A DNA stretch of 64,000 nt from Macrostomum lignano (lineage: Eukaryota): NCBI GenBank assembly GCA_002269645.1, contig NIVC01000263.1, forward strand, positions 62,001 to 126,000, given 5' to 3'. The notes below the pieces were generated by a model that worked only from the letters and a program-made list of their open reading frames with translations, made no database searches and was not told the DNA's origin. The position numbers were made by a program, and so were the translations under genes. Positions 13,101 to 23,734 of this stretch are shown one piece after another. The stretch's first letter is position 1; each line of letters opens with the position of its first letter.

Positions 13101-16100
13101 CTGAGTCAATGCGGACAATTCAGAATCCCACACTGAGTCAATGCGGACAATTCGGAATCCCACTGGTTCAGTGCGGAAAATTCAGAATCCCACTGGTTCA
13201 GTGCGGACAATTCGGAATCCCACACTGAGTCAATGCGGACAATTCAGAATCCCACACTGAGTCAATGCGGACAATTCAGAATCCCACACTGAGTCAGTGC
13301 GGACAATTCAGAATCCCACACTGAGTCAGTGCGGACAATTCAGAATCCCACACTGAGTCAATGCGGACAATTCAGAATCCCACACTGAGTCAATGCGGAC
13401 AATTCGGAATCCCACACTGAGTCAATGCGGACAATTCAGAATCCCACACTGAGTCAGTGCCGACAATTCAGGCCTTGACCGAATACCGGCAGACGATATC
13501 AATACACTAATAAGCACAATTAAAAACCTGCAGAGCCGACTGCAAAGAGTTCTCCAAGCCCGACCTGCTCCGCAGCCTGCTGATCACGGTTAGCAACAAC
13601 ATTGGCCAGCTGGCATTTCTCTACGCCAGCCGGCACCAGCTCAGGCGAATTGTATTTGCCGGCTTCTTCATACGCGGCCACTTGCTCACGATGCGCACTC
13701 TCACCTACGGCGTGAACTTCTGGTCTCAAGGCAGCGTCAAAGCCTATTTTCTAAGGCACGAAGGCTACCTGGGCGCCATCGGCGCTTTCGTTCGCGGTCT
13801 GGAGAAGGACAGGCGAATCGGTGTCTTAACCGGCTCCTGGGCTGAGAACCTGTGCACCAGCAGTTCGTTTGATGTCGGCAGCTGGCAGGGCATGGCGGCT
13901 CTCGAACTGGACAAGCGGAAAGAGCTCACGGATTTTCCTCTGCTGCGAGACCGGCTGGATTATGTGCCTGACACCTGGGATTTGAGCCAGGTAGCTGGGG
14001 GGGGGGGGCGTAGTCTAGTGTAAAGTTAGGGCCGCTGTACACTCCTGTGTGAGTGTGTGCCAGTGCGTATGACTGCGTACGTATCCGCGCGCTTGTGTGC
14101 CTGCTCAGGGGAGTCCGCGGAATGGGCAGTAATGCCTCTCGCCGGTTGCGTGACAATTTCCCTTAAAGATACAAGTGTAAGGTAGTTCCACCTGTTGCTG
14201 CACATTTTATATGCAGATGCTCAAGACCAAACAGTTACAGGTGCTCAAGTCCTACAGACCACACCTGTAGATCAAGCAGCCAGTCTTGCCAGCAATTCCA
14301 GGCCGCATTTCAATCAGCCCGCCTGAACCCGCCTCCATCTCAGGACCTGTCCGCCCGCGAGTACTGGCTGAACTGCTTCGAAGCGTCGATCGATCGGCAC
14401 CAGCAGCGCGCCGTGCTCAGCCAGCCGGACAGTCCCAGCGCGACGGAGCGCGGCGAAGCTTTCCGATTGGCCTATCAGAACTTTTTTAAGGAGGCCCGAG
14501 CCAATCCCGTGGCGTTCGGGCAGCTCACGGTTCGGCGGATTCTGGATGTGCAGGTGGGGCCTGACCATCTAGAGGGTGCGGGTGATAGAGTGGGATTCGG
14601 GAAGTAGATGGGAGAATGGGATTTGAGGTGAGTGGGAGAATGGGATTCGGAAAGTGGGTGGGAGAATGGGATTCGGGAAGTGGGTGGGAAATGGGATTCG
14701 GGAAGTGGGTGGGAGAGTGGGATTCGGGAAGTGGATGGGAGAATGGGATTTGAGGTGAGTGGGAGAATGGGATTCGGGAAGTGGGTGGAAGAGTGGGATT
14801 CAGGAAGTGGGTGGGAGAATGGGATTCGGGAAGTGGGTGGGAGAATGGGATTTGAGGTGAGTGGGAGAATGGGATTCGGGAAGTGGGTGGGAGAGTGGGA
14901 TTCGGGAAGTGGGTGGGAGAGTGGGATTCGGGAAGTGGATGGGAGAATGGGATTCAGGAAGTGGGTGGGAGAATGGGATTTGAGGTGAGTGGGAGAATGG
15001 GATTCGGGAAGTGGGTTGGAGAGTGGGATTCGGGAAGTGGATGGGAGAATGGGATTTGAGGTGAGTGGGAGAATGGGATTCGGGAAGCGGGTGGGAGAGT
15101 GGGATTCGGGAAGTGGATGGGAGAATGGGATTTGAGGTGAGTGGGAGAATGGGATTCGGGAAGTGGGTGGGAGAATGGGATTCGGGAAGTGGGTGGATGG
15201 AGAATAGCCTGGGCTAGCGCCAGGAAGGATGGAGTTAATGTCAGAAGTGAAGCGCTGAGATCCTGACGCCAATAATATTCCCACGGCAACGCAGGAACAC
15301 TGCCTGCGCGAGTCCGGCTTCCCGGATCCCTTCTGGGTGTTGAAACGCGAAGAGAACGAAGTGGCCCTCGATGGCCTGCAGAGCCGGCTGAGCCACTTGG
15401 CCAGCCTGCCATCGGCCGACTTGCCTGCCGCGCTAATCCGCGGGTTGCTAGGCGGCAACGTGTTCGACTGGGGCGCCGGCCGAGTGGCCGAGCTATTGGC
15501 CGAGCACGGCAAGCAGTTCGGCCTGAACGAAGCCATGGAGCAGCTGCAGCCCCGGCCCTGGCTTGTTGACGATCTGGACGCTTGGACCAGCCGACTGAAG
15601 GCTGGGGTGTACACCTGCGCTATCGTGTTCGTGGATAACAGCGGCTGCGACCTGCTGCTGGGAGTGCTGCCCTTTGCCATCGACCTGTTGGATAGAGGAG
15701 TCAAGGTTTTTACAACAGACCCTGTCTACTTTTCCTGACTACCGCCCTACTCTGCCACAGCTATCTACCTGACCACCCTTCTACGACTATCTACCTCACC
15801 AGCCTACCACAGCTATCTACCTCACCACCCTTCTACGACTATCTACCTCACCAGCCTACCACAGCTATCTACCTCACCACCCTACCACAGTAAGCTACCT
15901 CACCACCCTACCACAGTAAGCTACCTCACCACCCTACCACAGTAAGCTACCTCACCACCCTACCACATTAAGCGAGGGCGTGGCCGTCTCTCTAGGCCGT
16001 CACGTGTATTTATACCATAGACAGTAATATTCATACGAGTATAGCCCAAGCTTCAGTGTCACACACATGCATATGCACACATACACAACACCTCCCCCTT

Positions 16101-19100
16101 GAGTTACAATGTGACTTCATGTCAGTCAATCGTAAGAAATTTTGCGGGGGTCAATCTGAAGCCTGTTGGGTGGCCGACGGTTTCTCGTAGGCCACGGTCT
16201 TGATCGTCCTTCCGGCCCTCTGGCTCCATTCGTACCTTGCGAGTCCGCAGGGCCAGTATTGGGCTGGTAGCGAGCTTTCGCCGCATGTACTGGAAACCTT
16301 CTCCGTAGGAACTTTCGGTTTCTCCGAAGAACCCGGCCGCTGGTCAGCTTGACTAGAAAGTCGTTGTTTTTCATTAGCTCGACCACCACGCCGTACTTGT
16401 CCAATCGCTTGGTCTGGGCGTCCTGCACTGCAACTCTGTCTCGCACTCGCAAGGCTGGGAGTTGGTGAGCTGCTCTATTGTAGTACACCTCCATCCTCTC
16501 CCTCTTCTCCGCTGCCCTATTGTCCACCTCATCTGCTGCTGCTTACCATTCCTTAGCGAACGCTCTCCGGTGAACTGGCAGGGTATCGCGAACCTCGTGA
16601 CCGAACACCATGTGTGCTGGTGACCTGCCGTCGTATCGCGGATCGTTGCAGTACATTAGTATCCCCTGGCAGAGATCGTCCCAGTTCGGCTCTCTGGCTC
16701 CGTGATTCCAATTTCCACGCACCAGCTTTTTCATTGCCTTGACGGCTGCCTCCGCTCGCCCATTGCTCTGAGCGTACGTGGGGGATGATGTCCTCTGCTC
16801 CACATTCCAACGACGCAGGAATCCCAGAAATAACTTGGCTGTGAATTGCGGTCCATTGTCTGACCATAACACCTCCGGCGCGCCCTTCTCACAGAAACGT
16901 CTTCGCAGCACGTTGATCACCTTGTACGTTGAGGCATCAGTTCCGAAGTAGTCTAGTGTTGGCCAACCAGACTTTCCGTCCACAGTCACCAGGAACATCT
17001 TCCCAGCGAATTGAAACAAGTCGGCATGGACTTCTTGAAAGACGCGTTCCGGTTCCTTTCTCACAACCATCGGCTCCTTTACTTGACTAGGCAAAGTCTC
17101 TTGGCACGGGATACACTTCCTGGCTGACATTTCTATATCGTTGTCGATTCCCGGCCAGTAGAAAGTCATTCTGGCTCTCTCTTTCATCTTAACGACTCCC
17201 TGATGCATCTTGAGCATCCTATTCAGGACTTCTGCTCGCATCTCCTTGGGAATGAGCAATCGCCTTCCTACTACGATCAAGTCATGCTCGACTGCTAGTT
17301 TGTCGCGGATGTTCCAAAATTGTCTTAGATGGACCGGTACGTTTCCCTTCTCGTTAGGGAAACCTTGCTGAACCAATCGCTTCAGCTCCTGGTACTCCTG
17401 GTCTCTTCTGGCAATTCGCGTCAACTCTGCTTCAGAAGCTTGAATCTCATCAATAGCCATGATGATGTTGCTCTCGTGCTCCTCCGCAAGTTCTTCGTCT
17501 TTGGTTGCCGGCTCTACGGGGGCTCTTGACAAGGCATCGGCGGCCTTGTGGTCACTGCCTTTCACCCATCGAGCCGTGTACTGGAAGCAATCCAGTTTCT
17601 GTCGCAACCTCTGAAGCCTCGGATTCTCAATCTGATCCAAGGTGTATCTATTTAAAATCGGCTCCAACGGCTTGTGGACGATGATTATCTCAAAATTCTG
17701 CAGTCCTTCGAGGAACAGACGACATTTCTTTGCCGCCCATACGACTGCCAACAGCTCCAGTTCAATCATGGCGTATCGCCTCTCTGTCTCCGAAATGAAC
17801 GCGAGCCTGCTTGAACCACTTTCCAAATGCCATTGTCTTGCTTTTGCTTGAGCACGAATCCAAGCCCCTTCAGTCGAGACGCATCCGTGTGCAGTGCTGT
17901 CTGCCTCGTGTGGTCATAGTAGGCCATTGTAGGAACATTGCTTAGTTCTTTCCGCATGCTGTCAAATGCTTTTTCGTGTTCGCAGCTCCACATGAACTCA
18001 TTCCTCGGTTTCAACAACTCTCTCAACGGCTCACCGAGGGAAGCTATCTTGTCACTACAGAACCCAATCTGATCCACTAGTCCGAAGAACGCTCTGAGGT
18101 CGGTCAGATTTTTGGCTTCGGGAAGTCTCGAATCGCCTTCACTATGGCAGGGTCTATAGCGTATCCTTTCGAGTCCAACTGGAATCCGGCAAATGTCACA
18201 CTGGGCTGAGCAAACACAAACTTCTCTGGATTCAGGCTGATGCCGCGGTCCGTGCATCGCTGCAGAAACTCACGAACAGCACGGCGATGCTCGTCAAAGT
18301 CGTCGTGAGCCAGCAGTACGTCGTCCACAATATGATAGGTGCTCTTCAGTCCCTCTAGCACTTCATCCACACGCCTATTGTAATGCTCCGATATGGACGA
18401 CATTCCAAAGGGGCACGAAGGAACTTGGACCGTCCGAATGGTGTGATGAAAGTTGTCAATATTTGTGACGCGTCATTCAGTGGCACTTGGTGGTATCCTT
18501 TCGTGGCATCAACGGTTGTGAAGAACCTGGCGCCCTTGTGTACACTTGACACAACTTCAAATGGCGTTTGGCTGACGTAGCGCTCTCGGATGACGTATTT
18601 GTTTAAGCACCGTAGGTCGACGCACATTCTTATCTTGCTCTGGCCTTTCTTTGGCTGCACGGTGATCGGCGCACACCATTCCGTAGGCTCTGTGACCTTT
18701 GCTATGATCCCATCTCGCTCGAGATCCTCCAGTTCCTTCTTGAGCTGTAACTTGAGCGGTTCCGCAATTCTTCTCGGGGTCGAAATGGCAAACGGCTTTG
18801 CGTCCGCTGATAGTTTAATTCTGAACATCTCACCAGCCATTCTGCCAACTTTTCCGGTGAACACGTCCGAAAACTCCTTTTTTAGGTCCTCCTCTGTGCC
18901 AGCGTTGGTATCGTGCTGATTCATGCTTGCCACGATTTGCTTTGGAAAGTTTCTTGGAATGATACCCAGATCACGACACGCTTCTCTTGATAGAATCATG
19001 ATGGATATTCCGCTGAGGACGTGAAACGTACGCTGCAGCTCAGTCTCACCCATGGATACTTGCAGCTGAATCGAGCCCTTGGCTTTTAATAGCCGGCCGT

Positions 19101-21397
19101 CGACTGCCTTGGGTTTGATGTCTGACGGATGTAGGTTGTTCATATCTGCTCCTACTATAGGCAGCAAGCTCTCAGGGATGGCATCTATGAAAGCGCCTGT
19201 GTCCGGTAAGGCGGCGATGGTCTTTATTCCGTCAGGGGTGCGGATTTTTAGCTGCACACAGCATGCTGATATCCCTTGTGCGCCAGTTGCGGCGAAGATT
19301 GAGTGGACTCCCTCGCCCTGCTTGGCTGACTGTCCACTTCTGCACTGCTTAGCGAAATGGTTGAGCTTGCCGCACTTTGTGCACGACTTCCCCCAGGCCA
19401 GACATTTCTCTTTGCTGACCTCGTGCTCTCGTCCGCAGAACTTGCAGGCTTGACCAGGATGCTTCGCCCGGCTCTGTTGAACAGGTCTTCCTGCCTGTCG
19501 ATTCTCCGTTGCTCCATTTCGCTTGGCCTTCCGGTAGCTTGACGCGTGTCGCACAGCGGAAACGGTCTGTGTCTCGCCCTTCATTATGGCGCAGTTTTTC
19601 CTCGAACTCTCCATCGACTCGCAAATGGTCTTTGCTCTCTCCAGCGTTAGCTCACTGCCTTCCTCTAGTAACTTCTTTACAGTGCTGGGGTCGCGAAGTC
19701 CCATGACAATCCTGTCTCTGAGCTGGTATTCGGCACACCCGTCACAGCATCGCTCGAAGTTGCACCTGGACGAGATTTCTTTGATGGACACGTACCAATC
19801 ATTGAAGCTCTCACCTTCTGCTTGATTTCGTAGCCAGAATTCCCTCCTCTCGAATATCTCGTTCTTCTGCCCGGTGATGAATGCTTCCAGGGCCTTGATG
19901 ACCTCCTTGGCGTCATCTTTATCCTTTCCTAGTAGCTGAGGTAGGCTGTCCACCACTCGTAGGGTCTCCAGACTCAGGCAGTGTCGCAAAGCGAAGAGTT
20001 GGAACTTCTTCTTCTCGGCCTCCTGCTCGATGTCGTTCAGGCCTGATAGTTCCTCGAAAGCCTCCCACAACTGCTTCCATTGTGGGAATACGGCCTTCTG
20101 TGATTCGAGGTCGAAGTGTGGGGCGCTTTTTAAGTCAATTTTCGGCTTTGGAGGCATTTCTACAGGAACGCCCCAGAACAATTGCAGCTCTGCAATCTTG
20201 CTCTTGCTTAGCCTTGACTTCTTATTCGTGGGCTTCTTCTCTGGCTGCTTGCAAAGCCATGTTATATATCGCGAAGCCGAGAGGGTTATATCTTCTATAG
20301 CGCGCGGTCTGATCAAAATAAAGCTCAGAGGGCGTGGCCGTCTCTCTAGGCCGTCACGTGTATTTATACCATAGACAGTAATATTCATACGAGTATAGCC
20401 CAAGCTTCAGTGTCACACACATGCATATGCACACATACACAACACCTACCACAGTAAGCTACCTCACCAGCCTACCACAGTAAGCTACATCACCACCCTA
20501 CCACAGTAAGCTACCTCACTACCCTACCACATTAAGCTACCTCACCAGCCTACTGTTATATATCGCGAAGCCGAGAGGGTTATATCTTCTATAGCGCGCG
20601 GTCTGATCAAAATAAAGCTCAGAGGGCGTGGCCGTCTCTCTAGGCCGTCACGTGTATTTATACCATAGACAGTAATATTGATACGAGTATAGCCCAAGCT
20701 TCAGTGTCACACACATGCATATGCACACATACACAACACCTACCACAGTAAGCTACCTCACCAGCCTACCACAGTAAGCTACCTCACCAGCCTACCACAG
20801 TAAGCTACCTCGCCACCCTACCACATTAAGCTACCTCGCCACCCTACCACATTAAGCTACCTCGCCACCCTACCACAGCTATCTACCTCACCAGCCTTTC
20901 ACAGCTATCTACCTCGCCACTCTACTAAAGCAATCTATCGGTCTTCAATCTACCTCACAAATCAACCGCTCTACCGCAGCAATCTCCCTTTAACGCTGCA
21001 GGTAATCCTGGCAGCCAATCACGGCCCGGCCCTGAATGACGTCACCATATTCGAACTGCGCGCCCTAATCCGGCGAGTTGGCAGTTTTGTGCCTCGCGTC
21101 GCGGACGCCCTGAGCAGCGGCCGGCTTCTCCTGGCTGGCACAGGCAGCTCGTCGCCCTGTCTGGATCTGCGCTACGTCAGCGTTGAAGTTGCCGACGCCT
21201 GCCGGCAGGAACAAGTCGACCTGGTGGTGATCGAAGGCATGGGCCGGGCTGTGCACACCAATTTGTACGCCAAGTTCTCCTGCGATTGTCTGAAATTGGC
21301 TGTGCTCAAAAATGCCTGGCTGGCTGACAGGCTGGGCGGCAATCTGTTCTCAGTGATCTGCAGCTTTGAGCCAGCGGCCGCTGCTGCTGTTGGCTAA
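10131..21397 (+). CDS. PANK4: Pantothenate kinase 4 (type II PanK fused to a DUF89/ARMT1-like phosphatase)
   Basis: Exons 10131-10148 (tentative start exon), 10544-10834, 11688-11981, 12632-12873, 13534-13990, 14344-14553, 15295-15705, 21002-21397; all GT-AG, phases consistent, 772 aa. Motifs: [86 protein letters not shown] near 21477. Confidence 0.95.
10915..11637. repeat. Intronic minisatellite, 18-bp core GCTAGATATCCCAAATTG with longer variants 5' (PANK4 intron 2)
   Basis: Direct inspection; explains the repetitive ORFs at 11208-11661. Confidence 0.95.
12100..12595. repeat. Intronic minisatellite, about 27-bp GGGATTTAGGTTAGGATTGGGGATCAT family (PANK4 intron 3)
   Basis: Direct inspection. 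Confidence 0.9.
12928..13470. repeat. Intronic minisatellite, 30-bp unit switching to a 32-bp variant (PANK4 intron 4)
   Basis: GGACAATTCGGAATCCCACTGGTTCAGTGC is followed by GGACAATTCAGAATCCCACACTGAGTCAATGC. Confidence 0.95.
14021..14165 (+). mobile_element. 5'-truncated copy of SINE family B (PANK4 intron 5)
   Basis: Closely matches the reverse complement of about 29345-29495 (TAAAGTTAGGGCCGCTGTACACTCC...GCGTATGACTGCGTACGTATCCGCGC...GTAATGCCTCTCGCCGGTTG). Confidence 0.8.
14585..15205. repeat. G-rich intronic minisatellite (GGGAGAATGGGATTCGGGAAGTGGGT variants; PANK4 intron 6)
   Basis: Direct inspection. Confidence 0.95.
15974..20444 (-). mobile_element. Ty3/gypsy LTR retrotransposon (Mag-like), antisense in PANK4 intron 7
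   Basis: 5' LTR 20260-20444 (185 bp, TGTT...AACA); truncated 3' LTR 15974-16090 preceded by the polypurine tract AAGGGGGAGG; domain order gag-PR-RT-RH-IN; CCTAC flanks the right end. Confidence 0.95.
16126..20157 (-). pseudogene. gag-pol polyprotein with three frameshifts and one in-frame stop
   Basis: Two Cys/His knuckles ([23 protein letters not shown]), protease [23 protein letters not shown], RNase H TDAS and ELE, integrase ADLF/SDNG/SNGRAE. Frame breaks near 18410, 18120 and 17810; TAA at 16543. Confidence 0.9.
20554..20738 (-). mobile_element. Solo LTR of the same family with 5-bp TSD CCTAC
   Basis: 185 bp; the one difference from 20260-20444 seen by eye is ATTGATAC vs ATTCATAC; CCTAC at 20549-20553 and 20739-20743. 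Confidence 0.95.
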
Positions 21398-21763
21398 TAT
21401 GGATACTATTAGAGAGCGGAATTAACCATAGATCTTATATTCCCTAGATAGGCCACTTTGAACTTTTAATGAATTTAATAAAAAGCTACTCAATCAAACT
21501 AAGAATGATGCATGCACTGCAGAAACTACTGACGAAATTGAGTTCAGTAGTTGATTTTTTCGAGGTGTTTTCGAGTTGCAAAATTTTTCATTTTGGTTTC
21601 TATGGCCACATAAGCGGTTAATAAGTGGCCCATCGTGTGTATATATGACCTTTGGTATTAACTATTAATTAATTAATTGATTTCTGATTTGTTGATTTCC
21701 ACTATCGTGCAATTGAAATTTTAACCTGTTCGAAATTTCTATAAGTTACTAATTATTTAATTA

Positions 21764-22295
21764 CGAGGGCATACCAAAAGTCCGTTTGGTAACTCTTTGA
21801 AAATAACTGGAAGCAACTCTAATAATGACAATTAGATTTGCAACCGACAGCTCAGCCGCAGCTATTGCGCGGCGCATCTGAAGACTGTGAACGGCTTTTC
21901 AGTCCAAGGACTGGGGGGGGGGGGGTCGCCACACACCCTCAATTACCCCAGCTAATGCTGGCACCCATTTTACAGCTGGGTGAACTGAAGCAATGCAGAG
22001 TTAATTGTCTTTCTTGCTCAAGGACACAAATTCAGTTCCTTTCAGTCGTGAGTGACTCCTGACCACTAGGCTGCAACCCCTTGTACAGGGCTCCGCAGTC
22101 CTTCAAATTGGCATCCTTTGGCTGCAATCACAAGAGAACTTGTTTTACAAGAGTGAAAAAACAAATCGCGCCATGTCTTTGAAAATTAGACTGTATAAAA
22201 CTCTGCATATGAAAATATTGGTGTGCGCTTCTCTCATTATTCGTCTATGGTAAAAGTCAGTGGTTACTGAGCGGACTTTTGGGATGCCCCTCTCG
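21764..22295. mobile_element. Tc1/mariner-type MITE with TA flanks, containing a nested SINE
   Basis: Left TA|CGAGGGCATACCAAAAGTCCGTTTGGTAAC; right (reverse complement) TA|CGAGAGGGGCATCCCAAAAGTCCGCTCAGTAAC. Confidence 0.75.
21838..22080 (-). mobile_element. tRNA-derived CORE-SINE (family A), copy with B-box region deleted
   Basis: Reverse-complement match to 40590-40850. Confidence 0.85.
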
Positions 22296-22505
22296 TATGC
22301 GATTATCTCGCCTTACTATATATGCATACATCTCCTGTCATTTGGCTGTGTTCTCTTAGTTTGACATTGTACATTTTACTAAGTACAAGTTTGCTCATGA
22401 GCTCTAGTAGTCCTCCATATATAATTCTCCATCATCAAACTAATATAGCTTTTTGCAGCCCATTTGGGCCTGCGCGCATTAAATTTAATCCAGGATAGGC
22501 TTGCC

Positions 22506-23133
22506 AATGTAATGGAGCTTTCGTCTATGGTAGCAAGGTTGGCACAGCGGCATTTAATTTGGTCCAACAAGCATCAATTTGGTCCAACAAGCATCAATTT
22601 GGTCCATCAAGCATCAATTTGGTCCAACAAGCATCAATTTGGTCCATCAAGCATCAATTTGGTCCAACAAGCATCAATTTGGTCCATCAAGCATCAATTT
22701 GGTCCATCAAGCATCAATTTGGTCCAACAAGCATCAATTTGGTCCATCAAGCATCAATTTGGTCCATCAAGCATCAATTTGGTCCATCAAGCATCAATTT
22801 GGTCCATCAAGCATCAAGCATCAACACTGCATCGAGTAGCAGTTGGAACTGAGGCTCTCGCCTTGGCGATTGCCACCCCTTCGCAGACGATCTCTGCCGG
22901 CAGTGGTTTCAACGCGCTGATGGATGCTGTAAACCATCTTTTACATTCAGCAGGGTGTTCACCTCTGTTCAGTGCTTCGATCACAAGCCAATGGCATTCG
23001 TTCGACAGCCTAGCATATGGTCCACAATTGTGGGGCTGATCTTGCTACTCCGCAGCAGTTGCAAATGAAGCTACGAGCGTATGGACCAAGTTAAATGCCG
23101 CTGTGCTACCATAGACGAAAGCTCCGTTACATT
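22506..23133. mobile_element. MITE-like element with about 55-bp TIRs enclosing a 20-bp minisatellite
   Basis: AATGTAATGGAGCTTTCGTCTATGGTAGCA...CAGCGGCATTTAATTTGGTCCA (22506-22564) vs the reverse complement of 23082-23133; internal array of AGCATCAATTTGGTCCA(A/T)CA at about 22553-22820. No TSD recognised. Confidence 0.7.
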
Positions 23134-23441
23134 AAAGGCTATTATTGCGCTAGCTTTACAGAAGGGGTCAACTCGACAAACTTAAGATAAGACAAGAGAA
23201 CTGAGTAGAAGCCGTAAGCGGGCCGGATTGCTATTGTGTGATGTTTTCAAAAGTACCCTCGCCCACCCCACCCCCTGAATGCCAGATCCCAGGTTTACAG
23301 TGTCACTGTCGTATTAATCGTTCGCCATTGTAAATTAATCTGTTTTCGGCGAATAATATTGTTTGTGCTGTCTTATATAGAGGATGATGAATTCTGGCTT
23401 TATTTGTGTTTAATATTTTTATTTGAATAGTAGTAACACGC

Positions 23442-23734
23442 GTTTCCATGGCAACAGATTTAAAAATCATAGCTGAAACAACCGCATTTCTTTCTCTTTT
23501 TTCTTAGCGTATCTATAGCGACTTTTTGTTGTCATAGCAACGAAAAGAATCCCGAAAAGGTACTAAATAAACTTTTTAACAATTGTCTCGATTCGAATCT
23601 CCATGGCAGCCACAACTGAAGAAAATATTTATAGATAGGAAGCTTTTTCAATAATTTCCGTTGCTATGGCAACCAAAATTACCACCCGCGTTCGATAAGC
23701 TCTGTTTATATTTTCTCTCTGTTGCTATGGCACT
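23442..23734. promoter_or_regulatory. Cluster of RFX X-box motifs upstream of the zinc-finger gene
   Basis: GTTTCCATGGCAAC 23442, GTTGTCATAGCAAC 23528, GTTGCTATGGCAAC 23660; near-matches at 23597 and 23721. Confidence 0.7.

Larger units (their letters stand above)
15760..20930. repeat. 26-bp minisatellite (CTACCTCACCACCCTACCACAGTAAG) split by LTR insertions; blocks about 15760-15973, 20445-20553 and 20739-20930
   Basis: The same unit lies on both sides of the retrotransposon and of the solo LTR. Confidence 0.9.

Noticed and set aside
12928-13470. Possible CRISPR-like arrays (also 44925-45803 and 60020-61218)
   Set aside because: Head-to-tail units with no unique spacers, no cas genes, and a eukaryotic context.
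20158-20403. N-terminal extension of gag in ORF 18355-20403
   Set aside because: It runs through the 5' LTR and PBS; the ATG at 20157 is the plausible start.
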